Below, piece by piece: positions 1 to 13,631 of a stretch of 64,000 nucleotides of DNA. The stretch spans positions 620,001 through 684,000 of the forward strand of contig NOWV01000017.1 in the NCBI GenBank assembly GCA_003344405.1. The letters are read 5' to 3'. This DNA is from Trichoplax sp. H2. Its lineage: Eukaryota. Position numbers and translations under genes: made by a program. How positions within the stretch are numbered: position 1 is the stretch's first letter; every line of letters starts with the position of its first letter. The notes beneath the pieces are model-generated. The model was not told the DNA's origin. It saw nothing but the letters and a program-made list of their open reading frames with translations, and made no database searches.

Positions 1-314
1 TTAGGTAGTGGTCGCACGCTGCTTATGTATCCACTCAGTGAAATCAGCTAATACTAATTATTTGGAGTATCATTGGCAATCGATTGCGAATATTACTAAA
101 TTACGAAATTCTTAATCTTGAAACTATTAATATCACATTGAGAATATTAATTACAGTGAGTATTAAAAAAACTATAAGAATTCTCGTCTTTTATGACATA
201 TCAATACAATATCGCCATTCATTAAAGACAGAAATTCAGTCAATTAATATTAAGAAGATTGAGACATAATTTGATCTAACCTCTTGAAGCTTCGGGTAAT
301 CCTCTCTAACAAAT

Positions 315-1877
315 ATGACGGAAAGTAAAGAAGATAACACTAGTACCATATACGATATTTTTAATCGATCAACTAGTGTTTGGAAACAAATATCGGAAAT
401 AGCAAGCAATAGCCGTAATGAATTACCTATACAACCAAGCGTGGCTATGGATTTATTAGAAAAATGCGCGAGAGAACTTGCGCGGATTGAACCAACCCCT
501 TCATCCGATACCGACGACGATGAAGCTGAAAATCAAAAACAACAAGAATTCTCAACGACAGAGATATTATCCAATGTATCATTTTGGTCATCGCAAATGC
601 TAAAAGTTATTTATAACAAGCAACTTTTACCTACTAATTTGTTGTCGCAACTAACCACCATACTATTTGGATGTATTCTGCATTCATTACGATTACTGAA
701 AGGTGATTCGTCTACACACAATCTATTGCGGCAAATTCTTACGACGATGGCACCGTCGGATACATCTAACGATAGTATTGACGAAGACGAAGATATTGAA
801 TCCAACGACGATTTTGTAAAAAATGAAACATTTCCTACCGATTCATCATCCGTTGATGACAGTGATAGCCATAGCCAATCAAGCTTAATTGCTCCAACTG
901 ATAGCACTATTTCAAATCCAACACAATCTAACGGAAACAGTGTAAGCCATTCTAACGTCACTAATTTTAGTGTCAATTGTATCCTAAGCAATAACAGAAA
1001 CACTGATGTCAAGAACCACGAGGAGTTACCAGTTGAGAAAATGAATGTTGCGGCTTGTTCGATGAATAAAGATCAAGATCATTCAGTTAAGCAAACGTTT
1101 ACCATAAATCGCGGTGTACCACTTCATCCCAATAATGTTTCATGCAATCCTGTTATTTCACCTGTTTTTATTTACGATATTACACCTGCTGGACCTCGTA
1201 TTATTCCAGTACCTCAACAACAAGCTATGCCACCAACTGCTGTAGCATATACCAATTTCGGCAATAATGTCAATGATCGCATTAACACAGTTAAACCGGT
1301 CGTCAATCCTTATCAGGGTGGCTATAATGATAACCCGCCGTTATTTTTCAAGAACAGAAATTTAGCATCACCTAATCGTAATGCATTAAATCACGATGGA
1401 CAATTTAACTATTACGATAATCATGGAGATGGCAGCAATCAAGATGGACCTTATCGATGTGATATCTGCTACAAAGCCTTTGGTCGCTCATATAGTCTAA
1501 CAAGACATAAGAGGATACATACTGGCGAGAAACCCTATCGATGCGACGTTTGCCATAAATCATTCACTCAGTCCTTTCATTTAAAAATGCATAAACGTAC
1601 GCATTCGCGCGATGTTTTATATTCGTGCGATATCTGTGGAAAAAGTTTTATCCAAGCAAATGATTTAAAGAAACATCGAAGAGTTCATACCGGCGAAAAA
1701 CCATACGTATGTATGATATGCCTAAAGCCTTTTACCGATTCCAGCCAGTTAAAACGTCATATTCGAGTTCATACTGGAGAAAAGCCATACACATGCGACA
1801 TTTGCAATAAATCGTTTTCGCAATCTGGTACGTTGGCAAAACATAAAAAAATCCATCTTAGAAACGCGGAGCAGTAA
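315..1877 (+). CDS. C2H2 zinc-finger transcription factor, 5 fingers, eh1 motif, N-terminal helical domain (cluster gene 1)
   Basis: 520-aa ATG ORF. Five CxxC-x12-HxxxH fingers from 1452, with three TGEKP linkers and one SRDVL linker. FSVNCIL at 966-986. Confidence 0.93.
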   Translation: MTESKEDNTSTIYDIFNRSTSVWKQISEIASNSRNELPIQPSVAMDLLEKCARELARIEPTPSSDTDDDEAENQKQQEFSTTEILSNVSFWSSQMLKVIYNKQLLPTNLLSQLTTILFGCILHSLRLLKGDSSTHNLLRQILTTMAPSDTSNDSIDEDEDIESNDDFVKNETFPTDSSSVDDSDSHSQSSLIAPTDSTISNPTQSNGNSVSHSNVTNFSVNCILSNNRNTDVKNHEELPVEKMNVAACSMNKDQDHSVKQTFTINRGVPLHPNNVSCNPVISPVFIYDITPAGPRIIPVPQQQAMPPTAVAYTNFGNNVNDRINTVKPVVNPYQGGYNDNPPLFFKNRNLASPNRNALNHDGQFNYYDNHGDGSNQDGPYRCDICYKAFGRSYSLTRHKRIHTGEKPYRCDVCHKSFTQSFHLKMHKRTHSRDVLYSCDICGKSFIQANDLKKHRRVHTGEKPYVCMICLKPFTDSSQLKRHIRVHTGEKPYTCDICNKSFSQSGTLAKHKKIHLRNAEQ

Positions 1878-4800
1878 ATTACAATCTAGATACTTCAATT
1901 AATTATTATGAAATAATTGCATACTGTTATAATTAAATCGATTGATTCATTACTTATAACATCAGCGAGAAAAGTATCAGAAGCCAATCTCTTATGTATT
2001 ACTAAAACTGAAATGTATCTCAAGTGGTTTTTCAGATTTAATTTTCAGTACGTTCAATTCAGTTTTTTGACTTGGCATACAATACGCCAAACATGACCAA
2101 ATGTTGGTATTAATTGTAATCTTAACAATTATTCAGTATGTTATCAGTAATGTCTTACTCTTAACATTTGCAACTCTCATGTAGCAATAATTATTAGCAC
2201 TCTAGTATCTTATATAAATCAATCTTCAAATAATTAGACTCTTAAAACTTGGTATGCTATAAAATAATCATCACAATGGTATTAGCTGTAACAATGTGAA
2301 TAATAATAGGATGATTAGTTTATAGTGGTACTCTAGTCTAAGGTTAGAACCATTTAGAGTTATACATGTAGTAAAGTCTATAAATGTAATCTTTTATTAT
2401 ACAATTTTCTGTCACGCCTACGAGAATTTAAAGTTAATACTTTTTGCCACGACTGCAAAATTGAATTACTTGATGTTTTGTATACAAAAATTTTATTAGA
2501 CAGCATTTTAAATATTCGTCCTATCTATTTTTTGTTTGTAATTCAAGCTGCTATAATCATAAATATTAGAATATAAATTGGTACCTATTTAACGCATGGT
2601 ACATTTTATTTTAAAATAGTTATATCAATGTTACTTGGTATTTTATTGATATTGTTGTGATACAATGACACTAAACTATATCACCTCCCAGGAATGACGT
2701 CTTCCTTGACCGGTAATGGAAATCGTCCCTTTTATTATCTGTTTATCGCTTATAAATTTGTACTACAGTATACAGTATATATATATATACATATATACAT
2801 GTAAACGTTAATAACTAATGATATATAAATTTATCAATTGAGCACCGATGTTCATAGGCGAATTGCAATTTTAAAACATTTCAGCATTTTTGTGGGTTAT
2901 TTGAAGGCTTTATTTAAAGTATAATCCGCATTTATACTACCATACTACATGAAGATGCAACGGCATCATTTTATTTACTTAAATGATGGAATGTATTCTG
3001 TTAATAAATTTAAATGATGTCTAAAATGAAGTGTAGCTTACCGAAAATGGATTGACTACTGTATTGGAATAATTGTACGGACTAATGTTGCACGAATAAG
3101 GTTATTCTTCTATTTATTAGCCATCGGATAAATTGAAACTTAAAATTTTTTTTTACTTAAGCTTTTATGCCAAGCAGAGATGCCTGATAGCAATACATTT
3201 CATTCGTCCCCGAACCTTTACAATTTGCTATTAATCTTTCTACTTCAAATTGCGTAGAATGATTAAACTCTTGGGTAATAAAAATTCATTTGAACTTTAT
3301 AGGCTGGCTAATTTGATATAATTTATTGTAAGTCTTGTCTAAAATTTAGTATCATTCATGATTTGAATAACAATCAGAGTTCAGTAATGTAATTAAGTCC
3401 AATCATATTGTTAATATGCATGTATTGATATATTCAAATCAGCCTATCTACATTAATGAGTATTTGAAAGTTCTGCTTACTAGGGTTATAATTAATTATT
3501 GTACATTAAATTAATTTTAAAGTAGCTTATTGATTCGTTCCGTTCTATTAACATCAGCTACTACGCAAGCTATCAATCATCGGTTTATCTCTCGTAAGGT
3601 CTCATAGCTATCAACAAATTAGAGTATTAAATTATATCTACTTACCGTATGTGCAACTTCTGAATTCTTAAGGAAATTGTAACAGATAAATAATTTCTGA
3701 CAGTCAAAAGTTAGTAGCTGACAACTAACATCATATCTTGTTTTCTCTCAGTCTTCTAAGAAATCTTACATGAACATAAATTGAAAACTTTTAGGTTCTA
3801 TAGAGATATAGTAAATAAAAATGTGAATAAAGATCATAACATGATTGTATTCCATAAAAATATGAACAGTTCCAAATAAGTACTACAAACAAAAGCAACG
3901 TATGTTTCTAGCCAATAACTAAGATAGGAGGATATGCATATTAACGTTCCGGATTAATAATAAAAGTATTAAACGTCAGTCATGAAATCGTAATTATACT
4001 AATTATGTTTTCAATTTCATCTAAAAATTATATAACAAAAAATTTACATATCACTGTCAATCTTACTGCTGCAACACGTATAGTTATATTATTAGAAGTT
4101 TGAATGGTAATCATGCTCATTAACTTACAATCAACGAATAAAAAGAAATGATAACAAAACATAATGCATTACACTCAATATGCCCTCGAAGTTCAGATTA
4201 AAATATGATATTTGGTTAAACTACACAGCCTAATCCACAGTATATTACACTTTTTATGTAATATATACTTACTGGTACTGCATAACTATCTCATAAGGTA
4301 ACAATTAAGAAAATTTTTTGACTTTCATCTTCATCGTCTTAATGGTCGTAGTAAACATGCCATAAATATTTCATGTTGTTTACTGGATGCAACGTTGAAT
4401 TTTGTGACTCAACGCTGAAATATATGCTCTAAACTATAGTATTTTTATTTTAAATTTTATAAGGTGAACACATTAATAATAAATCAAGACAATAGCGTAG
4501 GAATAATTGATCCCTAATGTAAAATAATGCGAACATGCATTGTTTTGATGATTTAGGCAATGATTAGAACCATCTTTTTTTAAAGAAAAAAATTAAAAGA
4601 TTTTAACGATGATTCATCCCTAAAATTATCATTATCCATGATTGATAGTAGCGTGGTTATTATAAACGTATCTACAACATCTGTTACTGGAAATAAACAT
4701 GTTTACAAATGAAAGCGCACTAATGCAGAGTGTAAAATATGATATATTGAAAAAATAAAATTAACGTATTAATAAAAAATGTAGTCCATATTTTAATACT

Positions 4801-7800
4801 TCCTGTTGATGCTAATCTAAAATCATTAAACTTCCTTCCGAAAATCGAAATGAATAATCCAATTAAAATTTTTTAATGCGTAACAAACATCGTAAATAAA
4901 TCTTTGAGATTTTATACGATAAGAATATAGAATGCCAAGCAATTATTAAATTCATCTAATAGTTAAGCCATCGTAGAAATAGGATGTCAAAGGATGTAAT
5001 ACAATACCAGTATCGATCGATCTATTGATCGTATTAAGTTTGCGTATATACATTTTAAGATAAAAACACTGTATTTATTCCAATGTACTGTATGTTTTCT
5101 TTCAGAATAAGTTTTCAATAGCATTATTATCTTATAGTAGTTCATAGCTATGTAAGGGGCGACAATAATAAAATAGGAACTGTAGTATGGAGATTTTTGA
5201 GTAGGATTCAATAATATATGCTAGTAGATGTTATATGACTATATTCATTATCAACCTACATCGGATTTAATCAAAATTTCAATAGATGTATTTACAAAAT
5301 TATTGTTGTCCAAGCGTAGGATTATTACATCTGTATGATGATAATATAAGAAAGGAATTAGAAGTTAATGTTAGTTCTTTAACCATGTCGAGAACATTTA
5401 TATTCAAAGAAGAATTTATGTCAAAGTTCAAGCTTGTAAATAGCTCTGATAATACATTAGAGAGTATACTTGTTATGAGACTGCTTCGTGACCGTAGTAA
5501 ATCTCTTTGACACTATAAATAATTTGTAGATGATGAAAATCATCGTAAATTCAATCTCATCCAAGTGCCTTAACTTGATACATATCAAAATTAGATTCAT
5601 ATTAATTATAATAAATGATTGATAGCTACTGTTGAAACACAATTTGCTATGTTTCCTTTTATCCATACAAGCTTTTAATAATGGAAAAGTCTATGTTGTT
5701 CATGTCATGCTTTATAAACAGTAATACTTCGTTTCTAAGTTAATTATAATCTACATAACTGTAAGCATAGGACAGGAATATATATAATAAAAACCTAATT
5801 TTAATGTTCTTCTCTACCGCAAACTATACAGTGGGATAATGACTACATTTATTTCCTTTAAATTTGCTTGTTTTCATATCTAAAGTAAAGTTAAAATATG
5901 AAAAATTTTTCTTGTTGTTGTTGTTTTATCTTGTAATTTGATAGAGTGCTACATTCAGTTCGATGAAATTTTTTTGTGCTAAAGAATGCTGACATATATG
6001 TAAAATCTAAATTTGAAAAAGGCAATTAATCATATTCTAGGTTAGTACATAATTTCTCTACGGAGTACACGACTGGGCTATTTCCTTTACACGCCTCTTC
6101 TATTATTTCCAACTGATGTACAATTGAATATAGAAAATTCAATACAAGTCAAAAAGTAAACAATAAGCAATAGCTATAGTACTGGCATTATGTAAATATA
6201 CGATAATTCTAAGAGTACTGTGTTTAGCTTATAAAATGAGTAAAAGACAGAGTAAACAAGTATGGTATACACAATTTGAACAAATAAATGACATAGCGTC
6301 GATTTTTTAGTTACGAAAAACATTTTACGTACAGTAGATCAGTTCTTACTATAGGTCAGAATTATTTAGGGCGGGATGTAAATTGGTAACCTTATCACTT
6401 GAACATACGTATTTGACAATGACAAACTTTTAAGGCAACATATCCATACTTTTATTAGTGCAATTGGTACAAGAGAAGTTCTATTAAGGATATCATCCAA
6501 GTACAATGAAGAAATCATGATACATGAGATATCTTCCATAAATACACTGGCTACCATTAATTGATTTAGTCCGTGATAAGAAGAAGACAAACATAGAAAT
6601 TGCATAAAGATACTTATTTTACTACTACAAGAAAAAATTGCCACTTAAAATCACTAAAATTGGATCTCTGCTGGTATCAAGATTTTACACCAGATAGAAC
6701 ACGGTAGTACATTTTTTATTTAATTAAAAAACTAGCTTACTGTACATCTTGTACTCTTATAAACAAAGACATTTAGTTACTCTATTTTTTATAAATATAA
6801 ATAGTAGCTTTAAAAAGTATCTGAATCAGAAAAGTTCCGTTTACAGTGCATGGAGAAATTTACTGGTATGATGACTATTATCTCTGCTTGACTATTAAAA
6901 GCACCATAGTTGTCATTGCTCACCACAAGCCATATAGTTCATTCTAGTTAGGATACACTCGTACTTCGCATAATATTAGCCTCATCTTATAAATCAGATT
7001 AAAATTTAAAGGAAAAAATAACCCCTACTAAACGGCTACGGAACTTTGGAATTGGACGACGCTGCAATTTAGATGGTTAGCAACATAGCATAAATAGACG
7101 TGTTATGATTTAGCGATGTCGTAAGGATATTAAATTAAATTTATAACAGTTAGTAAAATATTTACTATGATAAAAGCTTTACAAAAAATGGTTGATAATA
7201 ATAGTAAGTTATTTTTGCATCATGTAAAAAGGATGTGATCATAGATAATTTTTTCTTTTCTCTTTTAATCCAATTTTTAAATTTATCCCGCGATATGAAG
7301 CTTAAACGGTTATTTTCTATTATAAGTATGATGTCTAATCAGTGAATTTCCGTATAATGCTATACGTACAACGGCTTATTTCACTCAGATGTGATCTAAA
7401 TAGCGTTAAAGAGATGTTGTTTAATATCAGAGATGACATTGGATGTAAGGAAGTAGGTGATATTTCATGACTAGCTCTGTTTCTCTAGAAATGTTATGAT
7501 GTCAAACTACCATATCGTTTATCTCCGAATTTAATTAAAATGTGGTTTTGAGTAGTTTACGTAGTCGTAAACTAACTTATGACATTTATAAATATAAATC
7601 GTCACAATGGAAATATTGCATAATGCACGGGGACGGTTTCTACTCTAATTGTCATTATGTATATAATACAATTGGGGCTTGTACTCTCTCATGAAGTGCC
7701 ATCAGTATTATTACAACTTACTCAACGAAAAAATTTGTATTTAAATCTTTTTCATCATGAGGACAGCGCCGGTAATACACCATCAAGATCAATTAGTCGA

Positions 7801-8662
7801 ATCCATAGAAGGGCACCTCTATAGTTAATCATAAGTAGGTACGATGATATTTTTTACAAAGTTATTGCTTGCACGTACCAACTATTAATAACGTGTACGT
7901 TACGATTTTGTGCACTGAGTTATTTGTGTTACTCTATTCAATTTAGATTTAACGTCCAATGTGAAGCTCTTTCATTTGTTTTTAATGTAAGACTCCATGG
8001 AATAGTGTAAAGATATGGACAACTTTTTCACAAATACTTTAAACAAAAGACCCATCAATGAGTGCTAGGAGTGCTTAAAATTTTACCAGATTCTATCATT
8101 GTACTAGAAATTCATTACAAGTTATCTTTCATAACAGGTAAGACATTACATTAATAACTGAATAGATTTAGAGTAGAGTTTTATGATTTCAATTCATAAT
8201 AATTCAGTGTAACATATCACACAACAGCAAACAGAAATTGTATCGTTCATGCAAGCTGCAAATAACATAGTTTAAACACTACAAGGAATAAGTCATCTAC
8301 ATAAGAGTAATGACGTACCTGGTTAATAACCCTTAATGTTGCAACGCTTTACCGATCATGTTCATTCTAAAATCAGAAATAAGGAAGCCACAATAACAGA
8401 TGTACTTGTTAATTGACGTCTTACGATATGGCATCGCTATTTTGTGACAAATTTAATTAAGTGTTTGTGAAAGATAGTGAACATGCACTTTTAGTAACAA
8501 GCGGTAGTAGTAGGTATTGATATTTTTCTTCTTAAAAGAAGATCAAATAGATCGGATGCGTATCTTAAAATCAAATTTTACTAAGCAAATGCCTGCTCTT
8601 AATTAAGAGCTTGATTTATTTCTACCTATATGTAGTAACAATGCTGATATAGAGTTCTATTT

Positions 8663-8749
8663 GTTTATAGACGCAGCAAACTTATATCTACGCTCAGTAA
8701 TTTGATACGTTTATAGACGCAGTAGACTTATCTACGCTCAGTAATTTGA
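8663..8749. repeat. Two-copy tandem duplication, period 46 bp
   Basis: GTTTATAGACGCAG...TATCTACGCTCAGTAATTTGA starts at 8663 and at 8709. Confidence 0.85.
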
Positions 8750-11700
8750 CGCTATTCTTTTAATAATTTGAAATCATACGCTACAGTATATTGCCTGGCA
8801 AATTATGTTGTACTTTGATCTTGGAGAGTTACTTATTTGGTATGATACTGTGATGAGGAAGCGTGCTTACTTAAAATAGTGTAGTTGCTACAGTACAACT
8901 GTAAGTGGAGAGAGAGTAAAGAGATATCATTCGACGATGCAAAACTCTCTCTCTGTCTTACTATCCTAATATACGAAAAACGTGCATTTAATACCGCATA
9001 TACATTTATATATTTACCTATTCATTACTGTATTTCATCAAATCTAGACTTTAGAATTTTTGATTTTCTTTATCGAAAACGCAATATTACTGTTTGCCAA
9101 GGCCGATTTATCCATCCGATAATATAAAAGTATCGTAAGTAAACTAGAACTTATAAATATTAATTGAATACCATTATTGATGATCAGTTATAAACAGAAT
9201 TCAGTTTTTAAACTGCGGTAACTGTGCCCTTACAATTTACTGCAACATTTTAGACGTAAACAGTTTTTAGGTATTAAACTCTACTACTGCTGTAAACTAT
9301 TGCATCTTCTCATATACTACAATGATGATCAATGGTAAATTAATATTCTTGTACATTGTAAGTATTATGATAAATATATAACATACTGACTGGGATTATA
9401 TCAGAAAATATATGCCTTAAAGATTACAGAACACGTGCACATATACAATATAGTAAAACTGAGATTACACTATTGAAGCAATGAATGCAATCGGACAATT
9501 TTACTATGACTTGTATCGAGTTTCAGTAGGCAATAGCTATTGCATTTAATATTACATGTTGGTCGTAAAACAACTACACTACATAATATGCATTCGTCAT
9601 AGCATGCCACATTAGCAGCAAATTTTTATTTCAATCTGATCCTAAGATCGATAAATCGTTAGAATTATCTATTTTCCTTTCACTCATCTACTATTAGTAA
9701 CATTTGCTACTGTAGAATAAATAAATGTTGATAAGTTTATTGTAGGAATAATTATTGTAAATGACCGAATATGTATAAGTAGAAAAGGGATGACTGATAA
9801 ATTAGTACATTGTAAAACTTAGTCAATATCACAATTTCTGACGACTACTTATGTAATTATTGTTAATGCGATCATACTTGTTGACTATCGAATTTACTTG
9901 TCAATTTGGCATGAAATAATGACATCTTGTACCACTCTGTCCAACATCATGGTAGACATTCCCAGGTATAATTATCTAAACAGCAATTGCCATTCGTCCT
10001 TCATGGACTTTGATCGATTGTGGTTAGTTTATTACAATTTTACCAATTTATCATCCACAATCAGATTTTACAGAGCCATCACAGTCTTCATGGATGGATG
10101 AAAAAGTGATCATTTATGGTTATTTGTTAGTTTTCCTAAAACCTTACATGTGACTTACAGCTTCTAATAGTGGTAGTTTCACAGCCGCATAATTGATGAG
10201 TAAGCAGCAGTTGGTCACTCATTATATATTATTACTACCATCATCACCCAATTATCATCATTGATTCGCTTATTGACGATCAGTTATTTTGATCATGCAT
10301 CATCTTTGACTCTCAACAATAACTGATCTATTCGTCATACGGGCCAATATGTTAATCATTAGTGATATCTTGTATTGCTACTGTTTTATTACTCTGGCAT
10401 TTCATCACCATCTTTGACTTGCATCATAATAAATGACAGCTTTGTTTGTCATTTATTACAATAACCTGATTTCATTGGTATCTCCATTTGTCAGTTATTA
10501 ATCAATCAGATAACCGTTAGTCACCATGCAACATAAAATATATACGCTTAGGAAGGCTGAAAAATAGTAGTTTTATACACATACAGTAGTTAACCCGAAA
10601 GTATTTTTCGCAACTGAACTATGCTACAAAATCATTACAACCGGGTAGTTGTGCATAACTGCGTATAATGTACAAGTAACTGTGTAATCATTCCGTTGAA
10701 CGGAATCAGAATAAAACTTCCAATTATGTTATCTTGCTTTCCTAGAATGGATAGGCGTTAAAGCACGTATTACTGGAGTTGCATTTGTCAATTCATTTTC
10801 GAGAATTAAAACCTCTTTCTAGTAGTCAGTACTAACTGGTTCTGAATACTTCTCAGCGGATACGAATCTTCGACTTTAATTATATTATCCGTACGATAAG
10901 TAATATAATCATTATCATGGCCCCCAAATTGCTAGAGGTGCATTTCTGATGATGTGTAAGGTAGTTAATATACGAGTATACTGTACGATTGCCATCTGCC
11001 AGGGAATCGATCGATCGATAAAATGGAGCTTGATTGAGTAGTCCTCCTTAGCACTCGCAATTGTATATTAATAGTTCTCATAAAAGTTCCAGTAACAGCT
11101 AGTAAATCATTATAATATAATCCTTTAAGATGTTCGATTTAATTCGTCACTGATATATAATTGATTGTATAATTTAAAAATCTGCTTATATACTGACACT
11201 TATGCTTGTACTGTAATTTATAAGCGATTAATGAAGAATATTTCAATATTTAAATGCAGCGGATAGTTATACAAAATATGATTTACAATTTGATGTAGTA
11301 AGACATGAAATGTATCTATTGATGTACTATTCCTGGTATTATAGCGGTATACGCCACGTCAGAAATGATATATTGCTGGCTAGCATCATCAACCATTAGG
11401 GCGTCATTGCGGGGAATACTTTAGTTCATTACAGTTAATTGCACATTATAAATATACCGTATCTGCATCGTTGTACGTCCTACGACTACGCTATTGGAAA
11501 ATATAATTTCTGATGGAAATAGATAGCCCACTCCCTCTCACTGTATGCTGGCTGTCATGATCTATTACTGACATTAGTACTTTTTGAAACTTCTTTTCAT
11601 CTCCAACAACATGGCATCAATAAGTTAACAGTTGACACTCAACAGAGTAAGTTGATTCTATTATTGATCAGGCGAAGTATGGTACGGTATTACAGTTAGG

Positions 11701-12059
11701 AACTTGTGGAACACTCTCCCTTTTAGAAATGCTTATTATTTAATAGTACTGACATGGCACACAGACTACAAGATATAGTAATGCAGTGAGAGAAGAAACT
11801 GGCGACTGTTGGTTTAGCTCGCTCGATCATTCAGTCGTCGCTTGTGTCGTGTCCATAAACACAGAAACTGCTAGTAGTCCATGATTGATTCGTTCGTTAA
11901 TGTCATTTAGTAATCAAGAGATGTAGATAGACTGAAATCTGGTAAACTGACGTTGTTTTATATTCATTTCTTTCTTTATTTATTCTATTTACAATGTTTA
12001 TTTGTTTGGTATGGTATTTTTGATATGACGTCCTAAAAGTAACCAACAGTGATTATACC

Positions 12060-13200
12060 AAGGTATTACTGTACTGTACAGTGTAGAGTGTAGAGTACAA
12101 GCACCAACCGTACGCAATGTACTGTACTCACTTGTACAATTGCGTACTGTATTCTAGAATCGCTTATCACAACTGTTTGACTGCTTTTTTTTGTTTTCAG
12201 CCATCGTAAAAAGTTAAAGTACACTGCTGCAATATACAGTACAGTACTCCACAGTGGCCATTCCTCTCTCCTTTTGATATTTGATGTAAAGTACAGTAGA
12301 AGAAAACCGAGAGAAGGTTCGGTCTTATTCTAATATACAGTACTGTACAAGTCCAGTAGTCGTAGACCTGAGAAACAGTGGTCCATGACTGTCTGTGCAG
12401 TAGAGTTCAGTACTGTAGTGTAATCCCCCCCCAAAAAGGAAACCTACAGTACAGTACTGTACAGTAGGTACTGTAGGCTAGTAAGCGACCGATGATCCTC
12501 TTTTCGCGTCCAGTACTGGAACTGGTTCTTTGTTTCAATATTGATTTATCTGCAATATACTGGTACTGTACAGTGTACAGTGTGTACAGTATTACGTATT
12601 GTTATCATTGCTGTTATTGTTATTTATTGTTTAGAGTACAACATTGCAGCGCAATTTTATATATTTTTAACCTTATCTTTTACTGTATCGGTGTGGAAAC
12701 CTTGGACAGATGTATTTACCGTGTACAGGGGCTTGGGATTGCCGATTTATTGTATACTGAGTCATGGAAACCCCGGGGTTTATGGAGTAGTCCATGACTG
12801 AGTAACAGCACGATGACTAGATTGTACTCGTGTTACTGTACACTGTTACGGAGTGCAGAGTACCAATCAATTGTATGTACTGTACTGTAGACTCTAATCT
12901 AATCGACTGTCTTGTACTCCAGCACTCGTACTTGTCGTCAACGATGATTTACGACTTGAAATACAATATGTTAACAGCACATACCAAGTTCCTTATGATA
13001 ATTAATAACAGAGCGCAATTGCTGTAAACAAATAAGAGAAAAAAAAATACGGTATGGTACGATACGGTACAGTACGGTATAGTGGCATTAGATTACAGTA
13101 TAGTACTGTACTGAACAACAAAATAAATAGATGTTGTATTGAGAACAACAAAAGCGATGTTGGAAATTGTATTACAGTACTGTGTTGTACTGGATATTGA
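12060..13200. repeat. TACAG/CTGTA-rich simple-sequence region upstream of gene 2
   Basis: Many interleaved TACAG, CTGTA and GTAC units, e.g. 12445-12475 and 12563-12590. Confidence 0.8.
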
Positions 13201-13631
13201 TTGGTACGATACATGACGCGATGTATGTTGTACAGACTTGTAGTATTATACTAGTTGTAGCCGTTTTGTTAAACGTTAAAAACATTCAAACATGTACACA
13301 TACATTGTACATGGCTGATTAATGACCTTGTTTTTTTTCTCTTACAATATGCAGTTTTATGTTAGTGGAGCACCCACCGCCAATACAAGCCCAACATAGT
13401 ATACTGTATACTGGAAGTCAAGCGACATAGAGAAGTAAGACATTTTGAATCGAATCCCAGCACTTGACCGTACAGTCAGTTGTACACACTGTTGTATCAT
13501 TTCAAACTGCTGTCTCCATTCTACAGTATACTGACTGTACTGTAGAGACACATTCAATTCCGTCGGTTGGTTAATCCACTGCGCTAGAAATATTCTTTGC
13601 CTTTGAGCGCCTGACTCCGTACACATCTTTG

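Noticed and set aside
611-1012. Antisense ORFs inside the ZF genes (also 14207-14704, 29801-30445, 53556-53828)
   Set aside because: Shadow frames of Ser/Asn/Asp-rich coding sequence, with no independent support.
315-1877. Naming the genes Fez/Fezf or odd-skipped
   Set aside because: eh1 plus C2H2 fits, but the finger number and recognition helices differ from those families as I recall them. A phylogeny is needed.
9890-10530. Compositionally distinct stretch that looks like decayed minus-strand coding sequence
   Set aside because: The frames I read are interrupted by stops, and I could not assign a consistent protein motif. BLASTX would be needed.
12492-13214. Short Tyr/Cys/Thr/Val-rich ORFs (also 43371-44631, 60951-63515)
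   Set aside because: Translations of TACAG/CTGTA arrays.
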